Shown here piece by piece: positions 29,139 to 39,198 of a stretch of DNA of 64,000 nt. The notes below the pieces were generated by a model, which was not told the origin of the DNA, made no database searches, and saw only the letters and a program-made list of their open reading frames with translations. The translations under genes and the position numbers were made by a program. Origin of the DNA: Alphaproteobacteria bacterium (GTDB lineage Bacteria > Pseudomonadota > Alphaproteobacteria > CAAHEQ01 > UBA3637); assembly GCA_045605805.1 (NCBI GenBank), contig JAZUQR010000027.1, positions 99,908 to 163,907 of the forward strand. The letters are read 5' to 3'. Within the stretch, counting starts at the first letter, position 1. Each line of letters opens with the position of its first letter.

Positions 29139-29794
29139 TTGGTATCATAGATTTAATCATTTTGGGCATTATCATTATTTCTGTGTTATTTGCATTATAC
29201 AGAGGGCTTGTGCGGGAATTATTGGGCATTTCATCATGGATATTGGCCGGTTTTACCGCCATATACAGTTATGACCCACTGTTAAAGTTTGGAGAAAATC
29301 GGTTTGATAATGTCAAATTGTCCGCTATGATTGGGTCGGTGGTCTTGGCTCTCATTGTGTTGGTCATAATGACCATCTTAAACGCTATCATAACAAAAAA
29401 ATTACGCAAAAGTTCTTTAAGCGGATTGGATCGTATTTTTGGATTCTTCTTTGGGATTGCTCGGGCTTTATTGATTGTGGTACTCATTTATCTTTTTGCA
29501 ACCACCATGATGCTGTCTCCAAAATATGTTCAGGAACTACACACAAAAAATTACAGCATTCATTATATTCAGCTGATGGCCGAAAAATTGCAAAATCTGT
29601 TTCCTGAAAACATCAGAACGGATTTAAGCGAATATCAAACAGCCAAAGAAGAAAAGATTAAAAAAATTGAAGAAAACATCCAAAATAAAATTGAAAAACA
29701 AGCCCAAGAAACAATTGTGAATTATAACAAATCTGACCGAGATTCATTGGAAGATATGATTGAAAATATCGTAGAAATAGGAGACATAGAATGA
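29135..29794 (+). CDS. cvpA: CvpA family membrane protein
   Basis: The N-terminal hydrophobic sequence MIGIIDLIILGIIIISVLFALYRGLVREL resembles CvpA. The protein has four transmembrane segments and a charged C-tail. Confidence 0.7.
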   Translation: MIGIIDLIILGIIIISVLFALYRGLVRELLGISSWILAGFTAIYSYDPLLKFGENRFDNVKLSAMIGSVVLALIVLVIMTILNAIITKKLRKSSLSGLDRIFGFFFGIARALLIVVLIYLFATTMMLSPKYVQELHTKNYSIHYIQLMAEKLQNLFPENIRTDLSEYQTAKEEKIKKIEENIQNKIEKQAQETIVNYNKSDRDSLEDMIENIVEIGDIE

Positions 29795-30201
29795 CCAAAA
29801 TAAAACCAGAAGACTTGATAAAAAAAACACAGGATTTGTTAAAAAAAAGATATAATCCCAGCCATCATCATGCCGTTGTTGGGGCTTGTGTTTTATCAAA
29901 ATCCGGCAAAATATACACAGCCTTAAATACCGGCACCTATCAACCATCCATCGCCACCTGTGCAGAAATTATCGCCATTGGCATGGGTCATACAGCCGAA
30001 AAAGATTTTGAAATTGATACTATTGTGGCCATGCGTGACCAACCCGCTTATTGCATCAGCCCGTGCGGCAAATGCCGAGAATACATTGCCGACTATGGTC
30101 CAAAAGCAAAAGTCATTATGCCGGCTGACAATAAAAAAGGCTGGACATTAGAAAAAATTGCCAATTTGATACCGGATAAATATACAAAAAAGGAAAAATA
30201 A
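29791..30201 (+). CDS. cdd: cytidine deaminase-like protein (homotetrameric CDA family)
   Basis: The zinc ligands follow the CDA pattern, with CAE in TCAEIIAIG and PCxxC in SPCGKCRE. The length is 136 aa. Confidence 0.6.
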   Translation: MTKIKPEDLIKKTQDLLKKRYNPSHHHAVVGACVLSKSGKIYTALNTGTYQPSIATCAEIIAIGMGHTAEKDFEIDTIVAMRDQPAYCISPCGKCREYIADYGPKAKVIMPADNKKGWTLEKIANLIPDKYTKKEK

Positions 30202-30662
30202 TGCACATCATCATTTCAACCATCGGTAAATTAAAAAAGAATGCACCGGAATATGAATTGATAAACACATACCTAAAACGCACAAAATGGGATGTGGAAA
30301 TTAAAGAATATGAAGAAAAAAAAGCACTCAGTGGGCAAGCCTTAAAAAATGCCGAAGCCGAATTGCTGTTATCCGCTATTCCTCCAAAAGCCAAAGTAAT
30401 TGCCTTGGATGAACATGGACAAACACTGTCCTCACGAGAATTATCCAACACAATCAAAACATGGCAAACAAATGGCACAGATACAATTGCCTTTTTAATT
30501 GGTGGCTCAGACGGACATGGCGAAAAAGTAAAAAAACAGGCCGATTTAACACTGTCCTTCGGGCGTATGACCTTGCCTCACTTTTTAATGCGAGTTGTTC
30601 TGGCGGAACAAATCTATCGCACAAAAACAATTCTGGACGGTCACCCCTATCACCGAGATTAA
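30201..30662 (+). CDS. rlmH: 23S rRNA (pseudouridine1915-N3)-methyltransferase RlmH
   Basis: The 153-aa SPOUT-fold protein contains LIGGSDG and MTLPHFLMRVVLAEQIYR. Confidence 0.9.
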   Translation: MHIIISTIGKLKKNAPEYELINTYLKRTKWDVEIKEYEEKKALSGQALKNAEAELLLSAIPPKAKVIALDEHGQTLSSRELSNTIKTWQTNGTDTIAFLIGGSDGHGEKVKKQADLTLSFGRMTLPHFLMRVVLAEQIYRTKTILDGHPYHRD

Positions 30663-30679
30663 AAAATACAAAAATATGA

Positions 30680-30708
30680 TTGACAACGCCCATTCCTTTT
30701 GATACAAT
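30680..30708 (+). promoter_or_regulatory. candidate sigma-70 promoter for rpoH
   Basis: TTGACA sits at 30680-30685, a 17-nt spacer follows, and an extended -10 TGaTACAAT ends at 30708. The site is ~90 nt upstream of the rpoH start. Confidence 0.4.
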
Positions 30709-30795
30709 AAAGGGGCTTAGTTCAAAAGACGGGCTTGTTCTTGTCTAACCAGAGGGAACAAAAACTTTATATTGCTTCAAAGAAAGGATATAAAA

Positions 30796-31671
30796 ATGGC
30801 AAATACATACGCACTTTCATTATTGGCATCAAATGCCTCATTACCAAAATATCTGGCCGAAATCAATAAGTTTCCCATGTTGGATGCGGAAAAAGAATAT
30901 ATGTTGGCCAAACGCTATCAAGAAACGGGGGATGTTGCAGCCGCCCATGAATTGACAACTTCTCATTTAAGATTAGCGGCAAAAGTGGCTATTTCCTTTC
31001 GGCATTACGGTTTGTCCTTGTCTGATTTAATTTCCGAAGCAAATATCGGTTTAATGCAAGCCATTAAAAAGTTTGATCCAGATAAAGGCTTTCGTTTGGC
31101 CACCTATGCTATCTGGTGGATAAAAGCCGCTGTTTCTGAGTTTATTTTGAAATCATGGTCATTGGTTAAAATCGGCACAGTGGCCACACAAAAGCGTCTG
31201 TTTTATAACCTTCACAAAATCAAATCCCGCTTGGGTCTGTATGGCGATTCATCACTGGACGATTCCACCGCCACCCAAATTGCCACCCAATTAGGCGTGA
31301 ACAAAAAAGATGTTTTGGAAATGGAACAGCGTTTGGCTGGCGATTCGTCTTTGAACGCTACCTTATCACACGATTCCACCACAAATTATCAAGATATGCT
31401 AACCGATAATGAGATCTCTATTGAAGAAAAAATCGGTGAAACACAAGAAATGCTGTTGAAAAAACAATTGTTGAAAGAAGCATTGGAAACATTATCTGAA
31501 CGGGAAAAACAAATTGTCCAAAAACGCTTTTTATCAGACAATCCGGAAACATTGGAAAATCTGGGCCTGCAATTTAACATAAGCCGTGAACGTGTCCGCC
31601 AAATTGAAACAAAAGCCTATCAAAAAGTTGAAAAGGCCATTCGTTCGGCTGCCACCCGATTCGCCTTATAA
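30796..31671 (+). CDS. rpoH: RNA polymerase sigma-32 factor RpoH
   Basis: The protein has sigma-70 regions 2-4 and the RpoH box (ATQKRLFYNLHK). The start at 30796 has an AAAGGA ribosome-binding site. Confidence 0.9.
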   Translation: MANTYALSLLASNASLPKYLAEINKFPMLDAEKEYMLAKRYQETGDVAAAHELTTSHLRLAAKVAISFRHYGLSLSDLISEANIGLMQAIKKFDPDKGFRLATYAIWWIKAAVSEFILKSWSLVKIGTVATQKRLFYNLHKIKSRLGLYGDSSLDDSTATQIATQLGVNKKDVLEMEQRLAGDSSLNATLSHDSTTNYQDMLTDNEISIEEKIGETQEMLLKKQLLKEALETLSEREKQIVQKRFLSDNPETLENLGLQFNISRERVRQIETKAYQKVEKAIRSAATRFAL

Positions 31672-31714
31672 TTTTTTCTTTCATTTTTTGTGAAAATCGG
31701 CTATACTTCTACCC

Positions 31715-32503
31715 ATGACACAAGAAATTATTATTCATACCCAAGCAGATTTTAAGGGGTTGCGTTTGGCCGGCCGCTTAGCTGCACAAACATTGGATTA
31801 TATCACCCCCTTTGTCAAAGTGGGCGTTTCAACCGAGTATTTAGACAACCTGATGAACGAGTTTATCCAAAAAAACGGGGGCGTGTCGGCGTGTTTAGGA
31901 TATCATGGCTATCCAAAAGCCACTTGTATTTCCCCCAATCATGTTGTGTGTCATGGCATTCCAAACCCGCAAAAACTTCTTCAAAATGGGGATATTATCA
32001 ACATTGATGTGACGGTGATTTTGAACGGATATTATGGGGATACTTCACGCATGTATTATGTTGGCAATCCGTCAATCAAAGCCAAGCGATTAGTGATGAA
32101 CGCCTATGACAGCATGATGGCCGGCATCAACGCCATCACCGTGGGTGGCACAACGGGCGATATTGGTTATGCCATTGAAAAAATGGCCCAAAGCGAAGGC
32201 TTTTCCGTTGTCCGAGATTATTGCGGACATGGCTGTGGCAAAGTGTTTCATGGGGCTCCCAACATTTTGAACTTTGGTAAAAAAGGAAGTGGCACCCGTT
32301 TAGAAGTGGGTATGGTTTTCACTGTTGAACCTATGGTCAATATCGGCACATTTGAAACCGTTGTCTTAAAAGACGATTGGACAGTGGTCACAAAAGATAA
32401 ACAACTGTCAGCGCAATTTGAACATATGTTGGGCATCACAGAGGATGGTTTTGAAATCTTTACCCGTTCGCCCAACGGATGGGATTTTCCACCCTATAAA
32501 TAA
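31715..32503 (+). CDS. map: type I methionine aminopeptidase
   Basis: The metal ligands fall in the MetAP-I pattern (DIINIDVTV, HGIGKVFHGAP, and E in FTVEPM). The length is 262 aa. Confidence 0.9.
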   Translation: MTQEIIIHTQADFKGLRLAGRLAAQTLDYITPFVKVGVSTEYLDNLMNEFIQKNGGVSACLGYHGYPKATCISPNHVVCHGIPNPQKLLQNGDIINIDVTVILNGYYGDTSRMYYVGNPSIKAKRLVMNAYDSMMAGINAITVGGTTGDIGYAIEKMAQSEGFSVVRDYCGHGCGKVFHGAPNILNFGKKGSGTRLEVGMVFTVEPMVNIGTFETVVLKDDWTVVTKDKQLSAQFEHMLGITEDGFEIFTRSPNGWDFPPYK

Positions 32504-32510
32504 AACCCAA

Positions 32511-32546
32511 CAAAAAAACACCCGAAAAATATCGGGTGTTTTTTTT
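32511..32546. terminator. bidirectional rho-independent terminator between map (+) and uvrA (-)
   Basis: A perfect 8-bp stem acacccga/tcgggtgt with a 6-nt loop lies at 32518-32539. It is flanked by an A-run on the left and a T-run on the right. Confidence 0.55.
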
Positions 32547-35328
32547 ACTTCAATATCTTTTTCAAATACTGGCCTGTATAACTTTCTTTCACCAGAGCCA
32601 CTTCTTCCGGCGTTCCCTTGGCAACCACCTGTCCGCCACCAGAGCCACCCTCAGGCCCCATATCAATGATATAATCGGCCGATTTAATCATATCTAAGTT
32701 ATGCTCAATCACCACAACCGTATTGCCAGCATCCACCAACGCCTGCAACACTTCCAACAATTTTTGAATATCCGCAAAATGAAGGCCTGTTGTCGGCTCA
32801 TCCAAAATATACAAAGTTTTACCTGTGGATTTGCGGGATAGTTCTTTGGCTAATTTAATCCGTTGCGCCTCGCCACCTGACAAAGTGACAGCCGATTGCC
32901 CCAAGGTGATATAGCCCAAACCAACCTTGCGTAATAAATCACATTTATCCCGAATGGAAGGGACATGGTTAAAAAACTCAAAAGCCTCATCCACCGTCAT
33001 ATCCAACACATCCGCAATGGATTTTTCTTTATATTTAATTTCCAAAGTTTCCCGATTATAGCGCTTGCCATGACACACATCACACTCCACATAAACATCT
33101 GGCAAAAAGTTCATGGAGATTTGCTTGACACCATCACCTTCGCATGCCTCACATCTCCCCCCAGACACATTAAAAGAAAACCGCCCTGCTTTATATCCTC
33201 TGGCCTTGGCTTCTGGCAAAGCACAAAACCAATCCCGAATAGGCGAAAACATTCCTGTATAAGTGGCAGGATTAGACCGAGGTGTCCGCCCAATAGGGCT
33301 TTGATCAATATCAATGATTTTATCAATAGTAGCGGTTCCCCGAATAGCTTTACACGCCCCCGCCAATTGACGCGTTTTACCAATAATATTACTCAATCCC
33401 TTATACAAAGTTTCAATAATTAAACTGGATTTACCCCCACCGGAAACACCTGTCACACAGGTAAAAGTTCCCAAAGGAATAGAAACAGTGACATTTTGAA
33501 GATTATGACATGTCGCCCCTTCAATGGTTAAAGTTTTGCCATTTCCTTTGCGCCGCACCTGAGGCACTTGAATCTGGCGCATACCGCTTAGGTATTGCCC
33601 CGTCACAGAAGCAGGATTTTCTTTAATCTGTTGGGGCGTTCCTTCGGCTACCAAATATCCCCCATGTCGGCCAGCTTCCGGACCAATATCAAAAATATAA
33701 TCAGCCACTTCCATGGTTTCTTCGTCATGTTCCACCACAATCACCGAGTTGCCTAAATCACGCAAACGAAACAAAGTCTCCAACAATTTATGATTATCTC
33801 GTTGATGCAGGCCAATAGACGGTTCATCCAACACATACAGCACCCCTGTTAAACCAGAACCAATTTGGCTGGCTAAACGAATGCGTTGGGCCTCGCCACC
33901 TGACAAAGTACCGCTGATACGATTCAAAGGCAAATAACCCAATCCAACATTATTCAAAAAGCGCAACCGTTCCGTAATTTCTTTCAAAATGCGTTCTGCA
34001 ATCTCTTTTTTTTCTTTATCCAACTCTGTGGGAATCTTTTGAAACCATTCAAACGAATCACTAATAGACATTTCTGTCACCTCGGCAATATTCTTACCCC
34101 CAATTTTCACAGCCAACGCCTCTGGTTTCAAACGAGAACCGCCACACGCCTCGCAAGGGGTGTTCAACATATATTTGCTCATTTCTTCCCGAGTCCAATC
34201 AGAATCCGTTTCCAAATAGCGTCTTTCCATATTCGGAATCACGCCTTCAAAGTTCACACCTTTTGCATGATATCCATATAAAACCGCCTCACGCACTTCC
34301 GCACTCAATTGATTCCATGGTGTGTTCATATCCAACTTTAAGGCATGAATCAACGGGCGCAAAGCATAATCATACCATTGATACATATCCCCAGACGAAC
34401 TTGTCCATGGCGCAATCGCCCCTTGTTTAATGGATAAAGTCGGCTGTTGAATAATTAAACTTTTATCAACACCCTGCTTTGTACCTAAACCGGAACACAC
34501 CGGACATGCCCCTTCTGGATTATTAAAAGAAAACAGTCTTGGCTCTAATTCAGCAATGGTAAAACCCGAAACTGGGCAGGCAAACTTACTGGAATAAACT
34601 TTGGATTCGTTTGTGGATAAGTTTTCCACTTCCAACAACCCATCTGCCAAAGAAAGCGCCTTTTCCACCGAGGCCGCAATACGCCCGATAATTTCCTTTT
34701 TCACAACAATCCGATCAATCACCACAGAAAGATCGTGTTTTTTGTTTTTATCCAAAGTGGGTACTTCTTCAATTTCACAAAAAACCCCATCCACTTTCAA
34801 GCGAGTAAAACCTGCCTTTTGCCATGCGGCAATTTCTTTTTTATATTCACCTTTTCTGCCCCGCACAACGGGGGCCATTAAAATCAACTTTGTTCCCTCT
34901 GGTTCAGTTAAAATACCATCCGTCATCTGGCTAACCGTCAAGGCTTGAATCGGCAACCCCGTCACAGGGGAATAAGGTGTACCGGCTCTGGCCCACAGCA
35001 AGCGCATATAATCATAAATCTCCGTCACAGTCCCAACCGTAGAGCGAGGATTGTGACTTGTTGTCTTTTGTTCAATGGAAATGGCCGGAGAAAGCCCTTC
35101 AATCAAATCCACATCTGGCTTACCCATCACATCCAAAAACTGGCGAGCATAAGCGGATAAACTTTCCACATATCTACGCTGTCCTTCGGCATAAATAGTA
35201 TCAAAAGCCAAACTGGATTTGCCCGAACCGGACACACCCGTAATCACTACAAGCTGATTTTTGGGAATATCCAAATTGATGTTTTTCAAATTATGTTGTC
35301 TTGCACCACGAATTTTAATTGAATCCAT
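32545..35328 (-). CDS. uvrA: excinuclease ABC subunit UvrA
   Basis: The 927-aa protein has two ABC ATPase modules and zinc fingers. The N-terminus is [24 protein letters not shown]. Confidence 0.95.
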   Translation of the reverse strand: MDSIKIRGARQHNLKNINLDIPKNQLVVITGVSGSGKSSLAFDTIYAEGQRRYVESLSAYARQFLDVMGKPDVDLIEGLSPAISIEQKTTSHNPRSTVGTVTEIYDYMRLLWARAGTPYSPVTGLPIQALTVSQMTDGILTEPEGTKLILMAPVVRGRKGEYKKEIAAWQKAGFTRLKVDGVFCEIEEVPTLDKNKKHDLSVVIDRIVVKKEIIGRIAASVEKALSLADGLLEVENLSTNESKVYSSKFACPVSGFTIAELEPRLFSFNNPEGACPVCSGLGTKQGVDKSLIIQQPTLSIKQGAIAPWTSSSGDMYQWYDYALRPLIHALKLDMNTPWNQLSAEVREAVLYGYHAKGVNFEGVIPNMERRYLETDSDWTREEMSKYMLNTPCEACGGSRLKPEALAVKIGGKNIAEVTEMSISDSFEWFQKIPTELDKEKKEIAERILKEITERLRFLNNVGLGYLPLNRISGTLSGGEAQRIRLASQIGSGLTGVLYVLDEPSIGLHQRDNHKLLETLFRLRDLGNSVIVVEHDEETMEVADYIFDIGPEAGRHGGYLVAEGTPQQIKENPASVTGQYLSGMRQIQVPQVRRKGNGKTLTIEGATCHNLQNVTVSIPLGTFTCVTGVSGGGKSSLIIETLYKGLSNIIGKTRQLAGACKAIRGTATIDKIIDIDQSPIGRTPRSNPATYTGMFSPIRDWFCALPEAKARGYKAGRFSFNVSGGRCEACEGDGVKQISMNFLPDVYVECDVCHGKRYNRETLEIKYKEKSIADVLDMTVDEAFEFFNHVPSIRDKCDLLRKVGLGYITLGQSAVTLSGGEAQRIKLAKELSRKSTGKTLYILDEPTTGLHFADIQKLLEVLQALVDAGNTVVVIEHNLDMIKSADYIIDMGPEGGSGGGQVVAKGTPEEVALVKESYTGQYLKKILK

Positions 35329-35470
35329 CTGCCTCTCCTTTTTTATGGGGAAGTATTATATCACTTTTTCCCTTAAAAATCAAATAGATTTTAGAATAGG
35401 TATGTATGCCACAGACCAGCCCACTCCATCGGGCGTTCTCATCCCAAAATAAAAAATATAATAGTTAAAA

Positions 35471-35561
35471 CTGGCGGAAGGGGGGGGATTCGAACCCCCG
35501 ATAGAGAAAAACCCTATAACAGATTTCGAGTCTGCCGCATTCGACCACTCTGCCACCCTTC
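35471..35561 (-). tRNA. tRNA-Ser (anticodon CGA)
   Basis: The reverse complement has acceptor GGAAGGG/CCCTTCC, a D-arm GCAGAGTGGTCGAATGC, an anticodon loop ACTCGAA giving CGA, a long variable arm, a GGTTCGAATCC T-arm and an encoded CCA. Length is 91 nt. Confidence 0.85.
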
Positions 35562-35594
35562 CATATAAACACCATTTCTGCCCCATGCTGTCGC

Positions 35595-35676
35595 ATATAA
35601 CAGATTTGTCCGCTTCGCGTTCTCTCCCTTCGGTCGGTAGCGAGTCTGCCGCTTCTCACGCACTCTGCCACCCTTC
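35595..35676 (-). repeat. degenerate partial copy (pseudo-fragment) of the adjacent tRNA-Ser(CGA) 5' half
   Basis: Three blocks repeat with identical order and spacing logic to tRNA positions 35514-35561. They are tataacagattt (35595-35606), cgagtctgccgc (35640-35651) and cactctgccacccttcc (35660-35676). A ~33-nt insertion and a mutated D-loop interrupt the copy. Confidence 0.5.
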
Positions 35677-35719
35677 CTTTGGGAAACACAGGCGAGTTTA
35701 GCACATTCCCCACAAAAAA

Positions 35720-36304
35720 TCAAGGATTTTGTGTTTTCAAAAAGGCCACCAATTTTTCCAACGCCCTTGCCCGATGAGAGATTTTATTTTTAACCTCAGA
35801 CGAAAGGCCGCCAAACGGTTTGTCAGAACCCTCAGGCACAAAAATCGGATCATACCCAAAATCTTCCACCGAAGCATCTGGCGTATGGGTTAAATGGCCA
35901 AACACCTGTCCTTCAAAGAACATCGGCTCGTGGTGAGGCATCACCAAACATAAACAGCATTCAAAATGAGCCGAAGTATCATCCCCCAAGCGTCCCAAAA
36001 GCACATCAAAAACCTTTGGAAATCCCCCATTTGCCTTGGCATATCTGGCCGAAAAAAGCCCTGGTTCATTGTGAAGAGCATGCACACACAGCCCCGAATC
36101 ATCCGCCAAAGTCATCATATGGGCAAACTGGGCCGCAGCCAACGCCTTTTGGGCACTGTTTTGACGAAAAGTTGTTCCTGTCTCTGGCACATCCGGCAAA
36201 GCCACATCATCTGCACCTAACACATGATAGCCCAAGGGTTCCAGCAATGTCCGAAACTCGTTTAATTTATTTTGATTATGTGTCGCAATTAAAATATCAA
36301 TCAT
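35720..36304 (-). CDS. rdgB: non-canonical purine NTP pyrophosphatase RdgB/HAM1 (dITP/XTP pyrophosphatase)
   Basis: The sequences MIDILIATHNQNKLNEF and FGYDPIF fit the Ham1 family. The start at 36304 has a GAGG ribosome-binding site. Confidence 0.85.
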   Translation of the reverse strand: MIDILIATHNQNKLNEFRTLLEPLGYHVLGADDVALPDVPETGTTFRQNSAQKALAAAQFAHMMTLADDSGLCVHALHNEPGLFSARYAKANGGFPKVFDVLLGRLGDDTSAHFECCLCLVMPHHEPMFFEGQVFGHLTHTPDASVEDFGYDPIFVPEGSDKPFGGLSSEVKNKISHRARALEKLVAFLKTQNP

Positions 36305-36402
36305 AACCTCATGATAACAAAAAGCCCTCAAAAACACAAGATTTTTCTTGACAGAAATCACAAATAGTGTCTATGATACAAAAAAAAGCAAAAGGAGACA
36401 AA

Positions 36403-36822
36403 ATGATACAACGCACATTTTCAATTATAAAACCTAACGCCACCGCCCGCCATTTGGAAAATGAAATCAACGAAAAAATCCAACAGGCAGGCTTAAAAAT
36501 TATCGCATCCAAGCGCATTGAACACCCCACAAAAGAACAGTTTGAACAATTCTATGCCGAACACAAAGGCAAACCGTTTTATGAAGGCTTGTTGGATTTT
36601 ATGACCTCTGGCCCCATCGTGGTTCAGGTATTGGAAGCCGAAGAGGCCATCCAACGCTATCGCACTTTAATGGGAAATAAAGATCCGGCCGAAGCAGACG
36701 AAGGCACATTACGCAAACTGTATGCCGAAAGCAAAACAAAAAATTCGGTTCATGGGTCTGACTCACCCGAAAGTGCTGCCCGAGAAATTGCCTTGTGGTT
36801 CACCGAAGACGAATTAAAATAA
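36403..36822 (+). CDS. ndk: nucleoside diphosphate kinase
   Basis: The sequence TFSIIKPNA and the NSVHGSDS active-site histidine region match Ndk. An AAAGGAG ribosome-binding site is present. Upstream there is a candidate promoter, TTGACA (36348-36353), an 18-nt spacer, and TATGAT. Confidence 0.9.
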   Translation: MIQRTFSIIKPNATARHLENEINEKIQQAGLKIIASKRIEHPTKEQFEQFYAEHKGKPFYEGLLDFMTSGPIVVQVLEAEEAIQRYRTLMGNKDPAEADEGTLRKLYAESKTKNSVHGSDSPESAAREIALWFTEDELK

Positions 36823-36842
36823 CCGTTCAGCGAGGGGCAACA

Positions 36843-39131
36843 GTGACACACAGAAGCAAATCAGCCCAATCCGGTCGCACCATGTTGGAAATCATCTCTG
36901 TCATGGCTATGATCGGCGTGCTGACAATCGGTTCTATTGCCTTTTATCGTTTTGTGATGAACTATCAACAAAGCAAAGCCCTTTATAACGATTTCAAAGT
37001 GCGTTCCGCCTTAAATATGGAAGGCAAAGGGCGTATTTTTTCCACCGATATGGAAAACAAATCAACCTATGACAAAGAAATGACGGTTGCACAAAATTTC
37101 CCCCAGTATGGTTTTTTCAAGATAACCGCCCAAGGTGTTGAACAGGCGATATGTAAAAGGCTGATAAAAGAAGAATGGCCCGAACACAGCCGGATTTATT
37201 TGGATGACAAACCATTTGGCTCGGCCATTACCGAATGTCCCCAAAAAGATGTCGCCTTTTCCGTTGTCTATCGTTCCACCCGCACCCGCCAAGAATTGCC
37301 CCCACTTTGTACACCCGATAGCACCTGTGAAGGCTGTACCTCATGTCAAAATGGCGAATGCCGTGCGGGTTGCTCATCGGGTAATGTGTGTTATGATAAC
37401 GCCTGCGTGGTTGGTTCATGCACATCCCAAGAAGACGGCACAGAATTGTGTTGCCCTGCAACACCGAAATACTGTCCGTTGAATGCACAAATAAGTGGCA
37501 ACCAAACCTCCTGTGCATGCGAATGCCCCTCTCACCGCACACAAAGTGGCGGGATATGCGGTGATTGTCATTTTGACAGCGAGTTTGAACCATTTATTGT
37601 ACCACAATTCACACAAAACACCAAAGCAGGCTATGGCACCTTACAAACCGATTACTATTCAATCAACAGCGCAGATGAAGATGCATGGCGGGCTTTTGAT
37701 GGGGATAAAACCAAACACTTTCTGTGGGTTGGCAACTATAGTTATGTTATATGGCATTTGCCACAACCAGTTCGGGTAAAATCCACAACAATTTGGCAAA
37801 ATTTAATTGATCCGGCAAAAGATAGATTTCCAAGAATAATCACCTTGTATGGTTCTAATGATAAAAACAATTGGACAACCTTGGGAACAATAACAAATCA
37901 AACAATTCCTCCTGAATATGTAAAACTTCAAACCGATGCCTCCCAACAGTGGACCAGCTTGAAATGGGAGTTTAATGACAATTTTGGCGGATGGTATGAA
38001 CAAGTCGGCGAAATTGAAATGGAAGCCGAAATACTGGCTTCAAGTTCAAACTATACTTTTGATACAAACACATTCCAATGCACAAAAGCACGCACCGAAA
38101 AAGAAGGGGAACCATGTCACCCATCTAACGCAGGCCGAACTGCTTGCAATCAATCCGAGGGCATATTGTATAAATGTACAGGTGGAACATTACAAGTACT
38201 CTACACATGCAATGCATCAAATCCCACAAATATTGAAAGTTTACAACAACCGAATATCTGCCCAGAAGTAGGAAATGAGTGTTTTATAAATGAGACACAA
38301 GGGATTTGTTTGGGCGAAGAAGGGAACTTACAATGCTGTGCCGGAGCAATCAATTTAGAAACAAACACTGTTTCTGAAACATGTTGCAACGAAGCTGTTT
38401 ATAACACAGCATTCTCAGGGGATTATTATGTCTACAGCTATCTTGAAGACAATATGGATGTCCCATCTGGAAACACAACTTTTTCAACATACATCAACGG
38501 CACCCCACTTGACTTTGGCTTATGTTGTTTTAATGCCATTGATTTGGTCACAGGCACAACCGATGAACGATGTGGTCAAGCAACAGCCGAAAAAATGAAT
38601 CAATGGACAAGCAGCTATCTGATATACGGTATGTCTAATGGTGAATTTTGCTATGGTCCAACCAATTTAAGCTACAAAGAACCAACCAGCACGCAACAAT
38701 GTTGTGATTTTGTCAAAGAAGATTTCCAATATATGCCTGATCCGCCATCAGTGACTTGGGTTGAAACAGAATGGGGATACAATTTCTGTTGTCAAGGCCC
38801 ATTTGATGCTTCATGTCCAGACTGTGGCATGACTGAAGACTGCTGCAAAAGCGCAGGCGGAACAATGGGAAGTGATTGGTGGAGCTGTTGTAAAGGCGCA
38901 GAAGACCTTGCTAATCCCGAATATGATTCATATACCTGTTGTTCGGATGTTGGGGGAGAAATGAGAACAGTAGAAGATTACTTTAACTACGGATACGAAT
39001 GGGATATGTATGATGTTTGTTTTAATCCAACAACCAATTGCCCCATTTCTCAATTTGCCTGTGAACGCTTCAGCGACAGGTATAATTGTCAATGGAACAA
39101 TGAAAATCAATCTTGCGAACCAATCTTATAA
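36843..39131 (+). CDS. large cysteine-rich secreted protein with a prepilin-type N-terminal domain and a discoidin/F5/8-type-C-like lectin domain (putative modular type IV pilin / pseudopilin-like adhesin)
   Basis: A GTG start at 36843 has a GAGGGG ribosome-binding site. The short basic leader VTHRSKSAQSG is followed by RTMLEIISVMAMIGVLTIGSIAF, the class III signal / prepilin methylation-domain pattern with Glu at +5. The rest has dozens of Cys in EGF-like spacing (CEGCTSCQNGECRAGC...CACECPSH...) and many NxS/T sequons. A central ~150-aa segment (DAWRAFDGDKTKHFLWVGNYSYVIWHLPQPVRV...RFPRIITLYGSNDKNNWTTLG) resembles F5/8 type C galactose-binding domains. Confidence 0.55.
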   Translation: MTHRSKSAQSGRTMLEIISVMAMIGVLTIGSIAFYRFVMNYQQSKALYNDFKVRSALNMEGKGRIFSTDMENKSTYDKEMTVAQNFPQYGFFKITAQGVEQAICKRLIKEEWPEHSRIYLDDKPFGSAITECPQKDVAFSVVYRSTRTRQELPPLCTPDSTCEGCTSCQNGECRAGCSSGNVCYDNACVVGSCTSQEDGTELCCPATPKYCPLNAQISGNQTSCACECPSHRTQSGGICGDCHFDSEFEPFIVPQFTQNTKAGYGTLQTDYYSINSADEDAWRAFDGDKTKHFLWVGNYSYVIWHLPQPVRVKSTTIWQNLIDPAKDRFPRIITLYGSNDKNNWTTLGTITNQTIPPEYVKLQTDASQQWTSLKWEFNDNFGGWYEQVGEIEMEAEILASSSNYTFDTNTFQCTKARTEKEGEPCHPSNAGRTACNQSEGILYKCTGGTLQVLYTCNASNPTNIESLQQPNICPEVGNECFINETQGICLGEEGNLQCCAGAINLETNTVSETCCNEAVYNTAFSGDYYVYSYLEDNMDVPSGNTTFSTYINGTPLDFGLCCFNAIDLVTGTTDERCGQATAEKMNQWTSSYLIYGMSNGEFCYGPTNLSYKEPTSTQQCCDFVKEDFQYMPDPPSVTWVETEWGYNFCCQGPFDASCPDCGMTEDCCKSAGGTMGSDWWSCCKGAEDLANPEYDSYTCCSDVGGEMRTVEDYFNYGYEWDMYDVCFNPTTNCPISQFACERFSDRYNCQWNNENQSCEPIL

Positions 39132-39198
39132 TTATAATAAAAACCCTTGCATTTAACGCATAAAATCCGCTATACTTATCCAAAAGAAAGGATAACGG

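Noticed and set aside
35329-35470. Looked for a LexA/SOS box (GAAC-N7-GTTC-type or GTTC-N7-GTTC) upstream of uvrA.
   Set aside because: There is only a single GTTC half-site and no credible dyad.
36795-36842. The ORF-track ATG start of the pilin-like protein at 36795, inside ndk.
   Set aside because: It would overlap ndk by 28 nt and give a 27-aa leader. The GTG at 36843 has a GAGGGG ribosome-binding site at ideal spacing and yields a typical short prepilin leader.
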